From positions 207,183 to 271,182 of IMG/VR virus record IMGVR_UViG_2974506496_000001: a DNA stretch of 64,000 nucleotides, one strand, 5' to 3'. This document shows positions 50,744 through 60,783 of this stretch, one piece after another. Numbering within the stretch: the stretch's first letter is position 1; each line of letters starts with the position of its first letter. This stretch comes from a virus (lineage: Duplodnaviria > Caudoviricetes). The position numbers and the translations under genes were made by a program. The notes under the pieces are model-generated. The model had not been told where the DNA came from. It was given only the letters and a program-made list of their open reading frames with translations, and ran no database searches.

Positions 50744-52001
50744 GACACCCGCATCGAAGGTTCCAAACCCGGTGCAGAACCCGGTGATCAAATCACCGGA
50801 GGTTAGAAACGAAGTGGTCGATTCCACTTATAACCCCCGTAAGTCGTTAATGACCTTTGTCGGGGGGTCGTCTTGGGTCATCACCTATTACAGTCAGGTC
50901 TTGGGTGAGGGCAGTGAACCCATGGCCTTGCAGCATGACGAGCAAGGGACCACACAGCAGTACCTGCGTATTCGTCGCAATGTCATGAAAGTCTCCACCC
51001 CGCTGAACCATAACCCCGAGAAAGACCAGGGGCAAATGGAAATCACCGGGGCCGGTTATCTGATGCCAGGGATTGTGCCGAACCAAGGTGACATGTTTGT
51101 GGCCGATGTGGGTGATGGTCGTGCTGGACTCTTTACCATCAACGATATCGAGATCATGTCCATCTATAACGACACCGCGTATCAGGTGACGTATGAGATG
51201 ACGGACTTCTGGGATGCTGCTATCCAGAAGCTGCTCGATGACAAGACGGTGCAAGACACGGTCTATGACATGGACTTTGCCCGTACGGGTAAGAACCCGA
51301 TCATCGCCTCGGAAGACTTCTTTAACCGTGAGCGCATGATGGGACTGGAGGCCTCGTTAATCCATCACTTCTTCATGACGTTTTACGATAACGAGTTCAA
51401 CACCTTCTTACTCCCGGGGCAATTGCGCACTACTTACGACCCGTACCATGCCCGGTTTGTGGATAAGTTGATTGACTACGATTCACGCCCAGGTCATGCC
51501 CGGGTTAACATCTACGACGAGTCACTCAAGGGTAATGCAAAACCCACGACGATCTGGGACCTGTTAGTTGCACAAGACCCGCTGATGTTTAAGTACATCA
51601 CCAAACAGATGCAAGTCTTGCCCGCGACGTACTTTCGCAGTGCCACCGCGCTGTACGGGGCAATTGCGTATGCAGGTATCTACGGGGTGGTCTATCCGGT
51701 CAGTACCGATATCTTCATTAATACCGATATCGCCATTCCAGTTACCCCCATCAACCCTTTGCTGTTCAGTGGGATTGGGATCAACAAGACCTACGTGTTA
51801 AGTGAGGCCTTCTATCTGCAGCAACCGCATCTGATGAGCGAGCTGGAGCGGCAGGTGTATAACCTCATTACCGGCTTACCCATCAACGTGGAAAAGCTGA
51901 TCGATTTGGTGGATACCTACTTCGAGGCAGCGCCATTGGTACAATACTACGCATTTCCTCTATTAGTGTGTTTGTGCCGAACCGCACGTTATCGTTTATA
52001 G
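50730..52001 (+). CDS. Conserved phiKZ-like virion structural protein
   Basis: ATG 50730; PNQGDMFVADVGDGRAGLF motif; synteny. Confidence 0.6.
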   Translation: MAIAKTPASKVPNPVQNPVIKSPEVRNEVVDSTYNPRKSLMTFVGGSSWVITYYSQVLGEGSEPMALQHDEQGTTQQYLRIRRNVMKVSTPLNHNPEKDQGQMEITGAGYLMPGIVPNQGDMFVADVGDGRAGLFTINDIEIMSIYNDTAYQVTYEMTDFWDAAIQKLLDDKTVQDTVYDMDFARTGKNPIIASEDFFNRERMMGLEASLIHHFFMTFYDNEFNTFLLPGQLRTTYDPYHARFVDKLIDYDSRPGHARVNIYDESLKGNAKPTTIWDLLVAQDPLMFKYITKQMQVLPATYFRSATALYGAIAYAGIYGVVYPVSTDIFINTDIAIPVTPINPLLFSGIGINKTYVLSEAFYLQQPHLMSELERQVYNLITGLPINVEKLIDLVDTYFEAAPLVQYYAFPLLVCLCRTARYRL

Positions 52002-52008
52002 GTGTTCT

Positions 52009-52638
52009 ATGACCCAGGTGATACATAGCACGGAATTTCTAAAGAGTGAACTGGAGCGTTTACAAGTGGTGCTGTTCGAGTGCCGCTATGAATGCCGTAT
52101 CCGCCAACGCGATCTCTACGATGTTGACTATCTGCAAAACGTGGGACTGCCATCATCTGGGATAGCTTGGCTCGATCAGGAGATGGACAACCAGTTAGTG
52201 GATATGTTCCTTACCATTAACAAGATGACCGAGTGTGTGAAGAACGGGTATAACTTCTACATCAACTACCCGGAGACCTACGCAGGGATCATCTACAAAG
52301 CGATCACCGACTACATCCGCTATTACGGCGAGCTCTCGGACCGTTTCCCGAACTTACCGTTACCGGATCAGGACGACTTTGAGATCCTGGACCAGACCGC
52401 GAGTAAGATCTATACAGTCTATCGCTGCTATGAGAAACCGGAAGAACTCTCGGGTATTGTCGGTCGTCTGCGTCGACGTCGTCGCTCCTTCGATCTGCAG
52501 AACCCGGTGGCCGAAGTTGAGCTACAGCGTGATGAAGACGGTAACGTGATTGCGAAGGAACATAACTCGATGCTGGATATGTTTGCTGACCGCATGACCG
52601 TGAAGAGGATTCCAAAGCATGAATTTGGAGAAGAGTAG
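52009..52638 (+). CDS. Conserved hypothetical protein
   Basis: 209 aa within the structural operon. Confidence 0.65.
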   Translation: MTQVIHSTEFLKSELERLQVVLFECRYECRIRQRDLYDVDYLQNVGLPSSGIAWLDQEMDNQLVDMFLTINKMTECVKNGYNFYINYPETYAGIIYKAITDYIRYYGELSDRFPNLPLPDQDDFEILDQTASKIYTVYRCYEKPEELSGIVGRLRRRRRSFDLQNPVAEVELQRDEDGNVIAKEHNSMLDMFADRMTVKRIPKHEFGEE

Positions 52639-53980
52639 TCTTTATAATGAAATCATCGCGATCGGGACCAAAGGCGGGCGCAGTGTCTACCGAATAAAGG
52701 CGGAGATCTTTTTTGATACCACCATCTGTTCGGTATTCCGGGTACGCAGTCTCAATCGCTTTGATGACTTCATGAACCGCTACAGTGAAGAGCTGAACAT
52801 TGAAGTGGCAATGTCAGAGGGGGTGTACAACCAACAGATCATCCCCAATGCCACGCGGCTTAAGATGCACCTGGTGATTAACAAGTACGAACCGGGACAA
52901 GAACCCGTCAGTACGCGCTACACACTTCGGGTGTTTCCTAAAACGGGATATGACCCGCAGCTGACACAACAACGGGCCGCGGATATCAACCAGGCTGCGA
53001 TTGCTGCAACCTCCTTGCAGTTCTATCAGTTCCAGTTGTTTACCTCGGCGATTGAACAACTCAGTGCAACACCGTGTGCCGGGATCTTTCCTACTACCTC
53101 ACCGGCGGCGTTAATTCGGGTGTTACTGGGCGGGGTGTCGGAAGGGCTGGAGTTACCGTTAGAGGAAAAGCCGCTGGGGATGGAGATGTACCCGGTGGAT
53201 GCGGTGACGCCAGATGGCAAGGAGATCATCAAGAACCATGTGGTGGTCAAGCCGATCCAGTTGTGTGACTTACCGGGCTTTCTACAGCACGAGTATGGGT
53301 TGTACAAGACAGCGATTGGGTCGTATTACCATAAGCAGTACTGGCACATCTGGCCGCTCTACAACACCAAACGGTTTGAACTGGTGCGCAAGAACCTGAT
53401 TGTAGTCAACGTTCCTAAGGATAAGTTCCCTAACATGGAACACACCTATGAGATGCGTGGCTCGAGTCTGTGTGTCTTGGCGACCGGTGATACTGCAGTG
53501 CACGACACGTCGAACCTGGCGCAATACCAGGAAGGCAATGGCGTCAGAGCAACCCGGTCCTCTGCGATGAGTGGTGATGAGGGGATGGAGGTGAAGCAGG
53601 GGCAGGTGGTGCTGCAGCGTGGTGCGACTAACTCTGAGTTCATTACCAATACCCGTCAAGGTGCAGTTAACTTCGCCCCCATGGCCGGTGAGATCACGGA
53701 CAACAGTTATCGCATTGTGTCAAAGACCGCAGTTAATAACGGATCTACCATTCAGGTGACCTGGCAGAACGCCGACCCTGAGCTGATCTTCCCTGGCATG
53801 CCGGTGAAGTACCTCTACATGAAGTCGACGGGTGTTGAACAACGCTACGGGACGCTGGTGATGGCAGAGGCGCATTATCGACTAGCACAGGACGGGTTAG
53901 CTGATGAGGTGATGTTGTGTGATATGGCCTTAACCTTGTTCATTGATACCGCCGACGAAACCGCCAACAGTTCATTGTAA
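52619..53980 (+). CDS. Virion structural protein, possibly baseplate hub-like
   Basis: 453 aa, GAGGA RBS, C-terminal WQNADPELIFPGMPVK. Confidence 0.5.
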   Translation: MNLEKSSLYNEIIAIGTKGGRSVYRIKAEIFFDTTICSVFRVRSLNRFDDFMNRYSEELNIEVAMSEGVYNQQIIPNATRLKMHLVINKYEPGQEPVSTRYTLRVFPKTGYDPQLTQQRAADINQAAIAATSLQFYQFQLFTSAIEQLSATPCAGIFPTTSPAALIRVLLGGVSEGLELPLEEKPLGMEMYPVDAVTPDGKEIIKNHVVVKPIQLCDLPGFLQHEYGLYKTAIGSYYHKQYWHIWPLYNTKRFELVRKNLIVVNVPKDKFPNMEHTYEMRGSSLCVLATGDTAVHDTSNLAQYQEGNGVRATRSSAMSGDEGMEVKQGQVVLQRGATNSEFITNTRQGAVNFAPMAGEITDNSYRIVSKTAVNNGSTIQVTWQNADPELIFPGMPVKYLYMKSTGVEQRYGTLVMAEAHYRLAQDGLADEVMLCDMALTLFIDTADETANSSL

Positions 53981-53995
53981 TTAGTGACATTCATC

Positions 53996-54029
53996 CCTAG
54001 TCTTATGAGCTCCTGGCTCATAGGCTAGG
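53996..54029. terminator. Long hairpin ending the structural operon
   Basis: cctagtcttatgagc-tcctg-gctcataggctagg. Confidence 0.55.
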
Positions 54030-54043
54030 ATGGATTTATTCTT

Positions 54044-54066
54044 AGACCTACATTATCGAGATGATC
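54044..54066 (+). promoter_or_regulatory. Putative phage early promoter
   Basis: AGACCTACATTAT; implies the downstream gene starts at 54090, not 54030. Confidence 0.6.
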
Positions 54067-54089
54067 CAATAAAATATAAGGACTTCACC

Positions 54090-55568
54090 ATGAGTCGCAA
54101 TTTCTCGTTGACCACCCTCATCAATCTCCTTCAAGCTGAGCTCGATTGGTACTCTACCCAGTTTCCTGAGTTTGAAGCCGATGTGCTGGACATTGTTAAT
54201 AACACCATCAGCGGTAAGTTAACCGCCAGTGACTTTGGCTGGACTTATAATCGCCTGATCTCTAAATTTGGCCTGGTGATGCAGGATACCGGTAACCCGC
54301 GGGCAAGGTTCTTGCGTTGCATCGTACCGAACTGCACCCATGGTATTATCCCACAGCTGCAGAGCATTCGTAATTACGGTGATCAACACATCGATCGTGA
54401 TCACATCATGGCCAGCGCTGTAGAGATCTTGTTGGGAAATTCCGTCGCCCCGATTATCAGCAGTTTTTATAAAAGCATCAAGCAGGGTGGCGATACTGCA
54501 CCGTGGGAGCGTGAGGGCTATTATGAATTGTTGTATATGCGCTTGCGCAACAACCGCCATCAATTCCCTTCAGGCTTTCAGGTGCTGCAACCCCAACCGC
54601 GCTTGACGGATGAACTCTCCACTGAGATCTATCGTCGCTTTGATGAGATTGTCGGTGCCCTGGAGAAGTTTAACAGCGACCCACAATACGCGTCAGAGAA
54701 CTACACCCTGCACGGCCTGCAAGATCCGTGGACTCATGCCGGGACTCGGGGCGATACCATGGCAGCGAAGTTGTGCCGTGCAATTGATGGTGAACGCCCC
54801 CACCACTATGACGAAGATGAAGACGAGGAGCTTTCGTTTAACCTCACACCCTATAACCCGGAAGCGGATTTAGTGAGCACGCTGAATAACGTGCATCATC
54901 TTCAGCCGATTGTGAAAGCCATCGTCAGTGCGGCAGCCACCAAAGAGTCTATTGATGAACGTTACCCGTTTCGTCAACCTCACGGTGTGCTTCAGTTGGT
55001 GCAGAAAGGTTACTTCGATGGCCTGACCCCAAAACACCTCAACGAGATCTACAGCACCGATCTCACTATCCCTGCGATCCACAACGTATTAAGTAAGGTA
55101 ACTTACTATAGTCGCGATGACCATGCGCAGCTTGAACTCGACCAGAACGGCAACATTCCTGATCGTCAAATCAACCCGGTGATCACTAACTTTAACCAAG
55201 CTCTAAACCGTACATACCCAACCAATATCCCGTTACTGACCATTCCAATGCCGGTGGCCATGAACGAAGAGCTCGACTTTGCAGCCCTCGCGAAAACCGA
55301 GATCAGAAACTATAACCGGGATGGGTATCTGTGGTTGTTGCTCGGTATCGTCTTTGACATCAGTAAGATGACCGTGACGTATCGCCGTCAGCTGAACCGC
55401 ATCAAAGGCGTGCCGTTACGGAAGGTGTGGGAATTGCCTCTGATCGTCACACCGCATCGCACCATCGAAGAGATCTTTGCTGATCTTGGTTATGAAATCT
55501 TAGAGGTAACTGATCCAAATGCCAAAACAGAAGCTCCAGTTCGAAAACCTGGTGGCAAGCGTAAATGA
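54090..55568 (+). CDS. Hypothetical protein with basic tail
   Basis: ATG 54090 with AAGGA RBS; ends PVRKPGGKRK. Confidence 0.7.
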   Translation: MSRNFSLTTLINLLQAELDWYSTQFPEFEADVLDIVNNTISGKLTASDFGWTYNRLISKFGLVMQDTGNPRARFLRCIVPNCTHGIIPQLQSIRNYGDQHIDRDHIMASAVEILLGNSVAPIISSFYKSIKQGGDTAPWEREGYYELLYMRLRNNRHQFPSGFQVLQPQPRLTDELSTEIYRRFDEIVGALEKFNSDPQYASENYTLHGLQDPWTHAGTRGDTMAAKLCRAIDGERPHHYDEDEDEELSFNLTPYNPEADLVSTLNNVHHLQPIVKAIVSAAATKESIDERYPFRQPHGVLQLVQKGYFDGLTPKHLNEIYSTDLTIPAIHNVLSKVTYYSRDDHAQLELDQNGNIPDRQINPVITNFNQALNRTYPTNIPLLTIPMPVAMNEELDFAALAKTEIRNYNRDGYLWLLLGIVFDISKMTVTYRRQLNRIKGVPLRKVWELPLIVTPHRTIEEIFADLGYEILEVTDPNAKTEAPVRKPGGKRK

Positions 55569-55914
55569 TTTCGCTGGTCAACTGGGTCAGGTAGCTGTGC
55601 TGATCGAAGGCTTTGATGGGGGCGCTAAGCGCCCCTATTTAGCGTTTGCTCTCCATATGCTCCTTTCATCAGACGCGTCCGAGCGACTGGGTGCCGGTTG
55701 GTACCTGTTACTCATTCGGGCTATGTACAACGAACTCGGCCATGAGTTCACTACCGTCGATGAGTTAGATGACTTCATCGATACCTTTTATGACTTGTTT
55801 GATGCGCACAACATCGAACTGAACGACGCCGTCGTGAACGAATTGAATATCGCTTTCGACATGTTTGAAGAGTCACTCGACCTGGGTGATGCCACCGACG
55901 AGTATGACGACTAA
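55519..55914 (+). CDS. Acidic hypothetical protein
   Basis: GAGGT RBS; D/E-rich C-terminal half. Confidence 0.65.
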   Translation: MPKQKLQFENLVASVNDFAGQLGQVAVLIEGFDGGAKRPYLAFALHMLLSSDASERLGAGWYLLLIRAMYNELGHEFTTVDELDDFIDTFYDLFDAHNIELNDAVVNELNIAFDMFEESLDLGDATDEYDD

Positions 55915-55943
55915 TTCCCATCCTTAATTAACCGAGACGTAAA

Positions 55944-56165
55944 ATGAAAAAGAACATCCTACTGGCTGTGGTCCTGTTGTCCGCACTTCCTTCTGTAAAG
56001 GCATCCATGGATGTCCCGCCAGATCCGTACACCATTCAGTGTTTATCGGAGACTGAATGCTTTTATGCTAATGGACGTAAAGTGACTGAGCAGGAACTTC
56101 AGAAACTGGCGCTCCTGATTCAACAAGAGGAACAAAATGAGTCAAGTCAAAACAATGACGGCTGA
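55944..56165 (+). CDS. Small exported protein
   Basis: Signal peptide MKKNILLAVVLLSALPSVKA; C-x5-C. Confidence 0.6.
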   Translation: MKKNILLAVVLLSALPSVKASMDVPPDPYTIQCLSETECFYANGRKVTEQELQKLALLIQQEEQNESSQNNDG

Positions 56166-56919
56166 AGAGATCAGAAAGGCGATGTGGGTCTATGATGCAT
56201 TGTCTAACAGCCACCGTGGTCTGTATGTCAAAGCAGAAGGTCCGGATGGTTCGGGTAAGTCAACCTTTGTGAAACTGCTAACGGAATGGTTACAGACACA
56301 GTTAGGTAACAGCCGGGCGGTGATGACCCGTGAAATGGGCGGCACTGCACAAGGTCGTGTCTTTCGTGAAATGGTGCTCTTCCCTAAAGAGACCCAAGAG
56401 CTGGATCTGCAAACTGAAACGCTGCTGTGCTGGGCTGATCGGGTTGAAGGCCAGAAGCAAGTTAAAGCCTGGTTAAACGCCGGGATCGCTGTGGTTCAGG
56501 ATCGCACCTACTTCTCCACCTACGCTTATCAAGGCATGCTGTACGGACAGTCACCGTTGGTAAGCAAGATTCATTCCGGCCTGGACATCATGAACGCGGA
56601 TATCGTGTTTGTGTTGGACGTTGACCCAGAAGACATTCTGGCGCGCGTAGGTCGTCGTGAAGCAAAGGGTAATGAAGATCCAACGGGTAATGACCGGATG
56701 GATGTGATGACCGATCGGCAGCTAAAAGACCTCTGCTACTTTTACCGGGGTATTGAGCACCAGATGCCCGCCTGTGCCAATATCAAACAATCTAAAGTCA
56801 TCCACCTGGATGGCCGGCAAACGCAGGAGCAATTGCTGCAGGATGCCATTGTTCACTTAACCCGTTTTCTGGATGAGAAGGAACGCGAAGCAAATGACCT
56901 CTGCCGTGCTATTTGCTAA
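56137..56919 (+). CDS. tmk: Thymidylate kinase
   Basis: P-loop EGPDGSGKST, TREMGGT, DRTYFSTYAYQG. Confidence 0.92.
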   Translation: MSQVKTMTAEEIRKAMWVYDALSNSHRGLYVKAEGPDGSGKSTFVKLLTEWLQTQLGNSRAVMTREMGGTAQGRVFREMVLFPKETQELDLQTETLLCWADRVEGQKQVKAWLNAGIAVVQDRTYFSTYAYQGMLYGQSPLVSKIHSGLDIMNADIVFVLDVDPEDILARVGRREAKGNEDPTGNDRMDVMTDRQLKDLCYFYRGIEHQMPACANIKQSKVIHLDGRQTQEQLLQDAIVHLTRFLDEKEREANDLCRAIC

Positions 56920-57205
56920 TGTGACCGAACCTCTGTTGCTGAAACTCAAAGAGGTGAATGAAGCGGTTGACCTCGAGTGGCTGATTGAACAGGGTAAGAT
57001 GGTCAGTCTTATTCGTAAGAACGTCGTGCGTGCTGAACGTGATGACGGCGCGCATGTGCATGTGATGGTGTTTCCCCGCGAGTATCTTCTGAACCTCGCT
57101 GACCGCCATGACGATGCGCAATATCAGGCCTGGTTAATCGAAAGCAAGATCAAGCCTTTTAAAGAGCATTACGCTCACGGTAGTCTCAGTATGTACGTGT
57201 ACTAA
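56894..57205 (+). CDS. Hypothetical protein
   Basis: ATG 56894 with AAGGA RBS. Confidence 0.6.
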   Translation: MTSAVLFANVTEPLLLKLKEVNEAVDLEWLIEQGKMVSLIRKNVVRAERDDGAHVHVMVFPREYLLNLADRHDDAQYQAWLIESKIKPFKEHYAHGSLSMYVY

Positions 57206-57214
57206 CTTTAAGCA

Positions 57215-57244
57215 GGAGTAAGGAAACTTACTCCGCTTATGCCA
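57215..57244 (+). terminator. Hairpin (GAAA loop) + TATGCC element
   Basis: ggagtaag-gaaa-cttactcc-gctTATGCCA. Confidence 0.7.
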
Positions 57245-57268
57245 ATTTAATTTAACCGGACGTGTATC

Positions 57269-57679
57269 ATGAAATTAGGCTTTTATTACGCATTAGTAAA
57301 GAACCATGTGTCAGGTAAACGTGAGATCTTATCTATCCAACGTGAGAGTGTCGCAGAACTCTTCCCAGTGTGTTATACGCGACTCTGTAAAGATATCGAG
57401 GAAAACCACAGTGGTAAGTACGAAACCTCAGCATTGGCCTTTGGTGCGCTTAAAATCGAGTATCATGCAGCCAGTCAGTTGGGAACGGTATGGATTGGAC
57501 ATACCAAGGTCGGAATCATTACCCCGAAAGCCACGTTGATCTCGGTAGGCGTGGAATATCCGATTGGGACTTTCTACTTATCCCCTCCGCCAAGTCTGCA
57601 GATTGGTGACCCAGAACTGATTCAGTTACGGGATGTGGTGGCCAGTGTCATTGGCGATGCAACATGGGTGATGAACTAA
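57269..57679 (+). CDS. Hypothetical protein
   Basis: 136 aa; stop overlaps the next start. Confidence 0.65.
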   Translation: MKLGFYYALVKNHVSGKREILSIQRESVAELFPVCYTRLCKDIEENHSGKYETSALAFGALKIEYHAASQLGTVWIGHTKVGIITPKATLISVGVEYPIGTFYLSPPPSLQIGDPELIQLRDVVASVIGDATWVMN

Positions 57680-58176
57680 TGGCGAAGATCAATGTCTCGA
57701 ATGCCACGACCTATAAGTTCTTTAAAGAACGTGCAAACCACACACTGCGTCATTTTGCCCAAGATCTTGATCCGGGTATTCTGCCAGTCGTAAGGGAACT
57801 TAACGCAATAGAAGGGATCGCCCCTGTCTGGAGTTGTGAGTCACACCCTAAAGGTAATGCACATCTTCTTCGCGAGGCATACGTTATCTGTGTGGTCACT
57901 GGGCGGGGGATGGATAAGTTAGAAGAGATCTATAAAGAATGGATGCGGTTGCTAGACCAAGATCGATCATCCTGGCGTAAAGACGATACCGCCCATTCTC
58001 GTAGAAAACGAGTATTTGCTCATCATGTGGTAATCACGACACGTCGCTTGACTTGGCCTAATGACTTCAGTCGCCACTATACCTCTGTCTGTTTAGGGTA
58101 TGAGCGCCTTAATGCCGTCAACAAGCGCTTGGTGCTTCTGTCGTTTGAACAAGCTATCCGTAACGTAACCTTTTAA
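57679..58176 (+). CDS. Hypothetical protein with TYW3-like N-terminal motif
   Basis: LDPGILPVVRELNAIEGIAPVWSCESH. Confidence 0.55.
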   Translation: MAKINVSNATTYKFFKERANHTLRHFAQDLDPGILPVVRELNAIEGIAPVWSCESHPKGNAHLLREAYVICVVTGRGMDKLEEIYKEWMRLLDQDRSSWRKDDTAHSRRKRVFAHHVVITTRRLTWPNDFSRHYTSVCLGYERLNAVNKRLVLLSFEQAIRNVTF

Positions 58177-58183
58177 ACTTAAT

Positions 58184-58251
58184 CGGCATAACCCCCTGAG
58201 AGAGAAGCGCAATGCTTCTCTCTCAGGGATGCCTGAATCTCTTTTTTTTTT
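58184..58251. terminator. Bidirectional CGGCATA-hairpin element
   Basis: CGGCATA; 15-bp stem ccctgagagagaagc/gcttctctctcaggg; ATGCC; T run. Confidence 0.8.
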
Positions 58252-58371
58252 AGTCTGGTTAAATATAGTGGATAGAGAATTAACTTGAATAACAAAAAAT
58301 AAAGCAAAGTAATATCAACGCCGGTAAGGGCTACAACAGTTGTTCTAATTTTCAGGCACGTAGCCTAGGAG

Positions 58372-58409
58372 AAAAAAAAGGAGGAAGCAGCTTATCCAGT
58401 TACTTCCTC
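58372..58409 (-). terminator. Intrinsic terminator of the helicase gene
   Basis: gaggaag/cttcctc stem followed by T8 on the minus strand. Confidence 0.6.
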
Positions 58410-58450
58410 AAAAACGTTATTTCTCGTCGTCCCCATTCTGGGACATAGTA

Positions 58451-59983
58451 TTACCCAAACCACGGAGCTCCACCGCCATCAGAGTTTGTCTCTCCGGCAA
58501 CGTGCTTACGGGATTTGTCCTTTCCATTCACATCATCAAGAATACCGACTCCAGGTTCGAACTTGTAAACGCAATATTTATCACGCTCAGGTGTAATCGA
58601 AATGGTGCGATGCTTACCGCGCTGAATGCACAGATAAGACTCTTCACCAACACGGACAATATGGATAATCATTTCCACATCGACTTCTTGGTCGATCTTG
58701 GTACAGTTATCCCAATAACCTTTATTCGCTGTTTCACGTGGAAGGTCTTCTTCGAGACCGTTACGGACCAGCATCTTCGCAGCAGGACTCAACTGATGCG
58801 GAGTAATGACACAGATACCACGAGCAGATGTAAAGTTACGGACACGACGGAAAAGATCACGGTACTCTTGTCCCGCAACACCTTTCTCGCAACCTTCTTT
58901 ACTGAACATCCCCAGGTAGTCGATGGTTAATAGATGAATTTCATAACCCATATTCTCAAAGTGCTTAATACGCTCAAAGAGATTACGGTAACCAAACTGC
59001 GATGGGTTAACACGACAGAAGTTGACTTCATAACCGTTAACAGATAAGGCGGCTAAGACTTCACGGGCTGCTTCCGCTTCATCTACTGTCTGATGGTTAT
59101 GATCCAGGCCATCGATGTTTGCTTTGATCTTCTTCCACCACAGAACCATGTTGTCGGTCATGTTGTTTTCAGAAGAGATGTGCATGATCATCGGTTTCTT
59201 CTTCGGATCACGCATGTACGGTTTGTTAAAGGTGGCGATCTGACGTGTCAGGTCCATGGTGAAGCCGGTCTTGTTGTTGTGCTGCAATGCACCAATCAAG
59301 ACGAACTCACTGCGACGGAACCCGCCCACTTCACCCAGCATGCGGTTGATACCGGTGTAACCTGTCTTTAATACCCCAAGCGTAGAAGACTCTTCTTTCG
59401 CTTGCTTAAAGATCTTACCCACTTCTTCCAGGTTACTGACTGTAATGTCAGAGATCACCGCTGGGTCAAACTGTTCAGAGACACCGATGTTAACCGTTTC
59501 AATCTCTTCTAACAGCTTGACCACCGCAGAATCCATGTCGATGTCTTCACCGCCGAAGATGATAGGTGCTGCAAACCGCTTGATGATGGCCTTCGCCCGA
59601 CGGTGCTGATCCCACTTACGTAGTTCACGTCCAATGGCAACCACAGACTGTTTGGCTTTGTAAGGATCATCCTCGGTGCTGCTGACACCCATTTCTAAGG
59701 CTTGGTAAGTTGCCGCGTCATGGCCGCAGTCAGTTAACAAGCGTTGAAGAAGATCAGTTTTATCCAGTGGTTGATTCTTAGGACGACTAATCATCCAGCG
59801 AATAGTACGGCGTAAAGCCAGCTGTACATTGCGGGATTCGTCATCACCTGTACCTTCAACAGGGGTCGGAATGTTATCCAGGAGTTCATCAACGAACTCA
59901 CTGCTGTCATCGCTGTCAGTGCCAACAATGGACTCTTGATAAAATAACGTAATAATCTTTATGAGTAATAGAACGGTTTCCAT
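58451..59983 (-). CDS. dnaB: DnaB-like replicative helicase (phiKZ gp118-like)
   Basis: LKTGYTGINRMLG..GGFRR, variant Walker A GALQHNNKTG, ISSEN, LTIDYL, TPHQLS, QRGKHR; ATG 59983 with GAGG RBS. Confidence 0.88.
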   Translation of the reverse strand: METVLLLIKIITLFYQESIVGTDSDDSSEFVDELLDNIPTPVEGTGDDESRNVQLALRRTIRWMISRPKNQPLDKTDLLQRLLTDCGHDAATYQALEMGVSSTEDDPYKAKQSVVAIGRELRKWDQHRRAKAIIKRFAAPIIFGGEDIDMDSAVVKLLEEIETVNIGVSEQFDPAVISDITVSNLEEVGKIFKQAKEESSTLGVLKTGYTGINRMLGEVGGFRRSEFVLIGALQHNNKTGFTMDLTRQIATFNKPYMRDPKKKPMIMHISSENNMTDNMVLWWKKIKANIDGLDHNHQTVDEAEAAREVLAALSVNGYEVNFCRVNPSQFGYRNLFERIKHFENMGYEIHLLTIDYLGMFSKEGCEKGVAGQEYRDLFRRVRNFTSARGICVITPHQLSPAAKMLVRNGLEEDLPRETANKGYWDNCTKIDQEVDVEMIIHIVRVGEESYLCIQRGKHRTISITPERDKYCVYKFEPGVGILDDVNGKDKSRKHVAGETNSDGGGAPWFG

Positions 59984-60011
59984 TATGCCCCTCGTTATAA
60001 GGTAATTAACC

Positions 60012-60641
60012 ATGTACAATGAAAAGTTGGTAATTGTGCCAGCGCCAATCCTTCGGGCTATTCACAATGCAAAAGAAAGTGAAGCAATTTTAACGTGTCC
60101 GAAAAGAATGCTTTCCATATTATCCAGACGTGATGTCATTTTCTACTACGTGGTGAATACTCTTCTTTGTGACTATTCCTATAAAGCAGACCCAGCCAAC
60201 CCAGAACCACCATTGGTGTCGGCGCTGCGGGATCTGTTGTCACACACTAACGGCGTAATGAATGCCTTTACCTCGCCGGCGTGGGTTGCGTTTGTTGATG
60301 AGAACGACGCCGATATCCAAAGTGAGCGTCGACTGAAAGCGCGTAGTATCTATGAGTACCTGACTGGTGAACCGTATGCATGGAATTCAACAGAAGGTGA
60401 CGATTCTTTAAGCTATATCTATGACACCCAGGCGAAAGTCGTGGGAGGTGAAGCCGTTGCAGTGTTGATTAATGCTGTGAAGGAGAACGATAGTTACAAT
60501 ATCATCAGTCATCAACGTTTATTCGAACAAACCATTCTGGCGTTCACTACACTGACAGCAGACACCAAAAGCTTTGCTTCCCTTTATAAAGGCTTTTGTG
60601 AACTGGTTTACCAAGACTCGCTAATCCGACGTTTTGTGTAA
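60012..60641 (+). CDS. Conserved protein between helicase and capsid genes (phiKZ gp119-like position)
   Basis: AAGGT RBS; 209 aa; synteny. Confidence 0.65.
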   Translation: MYNEKLVIVPAPILRAIHNAKESEAILTCPKRMLSILSRRDVIFYYVVNTLLCDYSYKADPANPEPPLVSALRDLLSHTNGVMNAFTSPAWVAFVDENDADIQSERRLKARSIYEYLTGEPYAWNSTEGDDSLSYIYDTQAKVVGGEAVAVLINAVKENDSYNIISHQRLFEQTILAFTTLTADTKSFASLYKGFCELVYQDSLIRRFV

Positions 60642-60783
60642 GAATCTATGTAATAGTATGTAAATTGCCATTTCGATGGCGGCGTACTGTTATGACCGTG
60701 TGTTAGCGCGACACAACCCCCTGTTTATGTACATAGACAGGTAATATCGAAAACTTATATAAGTTATTGAAGGAAACAACGAA
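60642..60783 (+). promoter_or_regulatory. Late promoter region and structured 5' leader of the capsid gene
   Basis: Tandem TATG (phiKZ late-promoter core) at 60647 and 60657, then four inverted repeats. Confidence 0.5.

Noticed and set aside
58451-59983. Non-canonical Walker A (GALQHNNKT) as a sign of a dead helicase, or an intein
   Set aside because: As I recall, this variant is usual in phiKZ-type DnaB proteins; the length leaves no room for an intein and no splice motifs are visible
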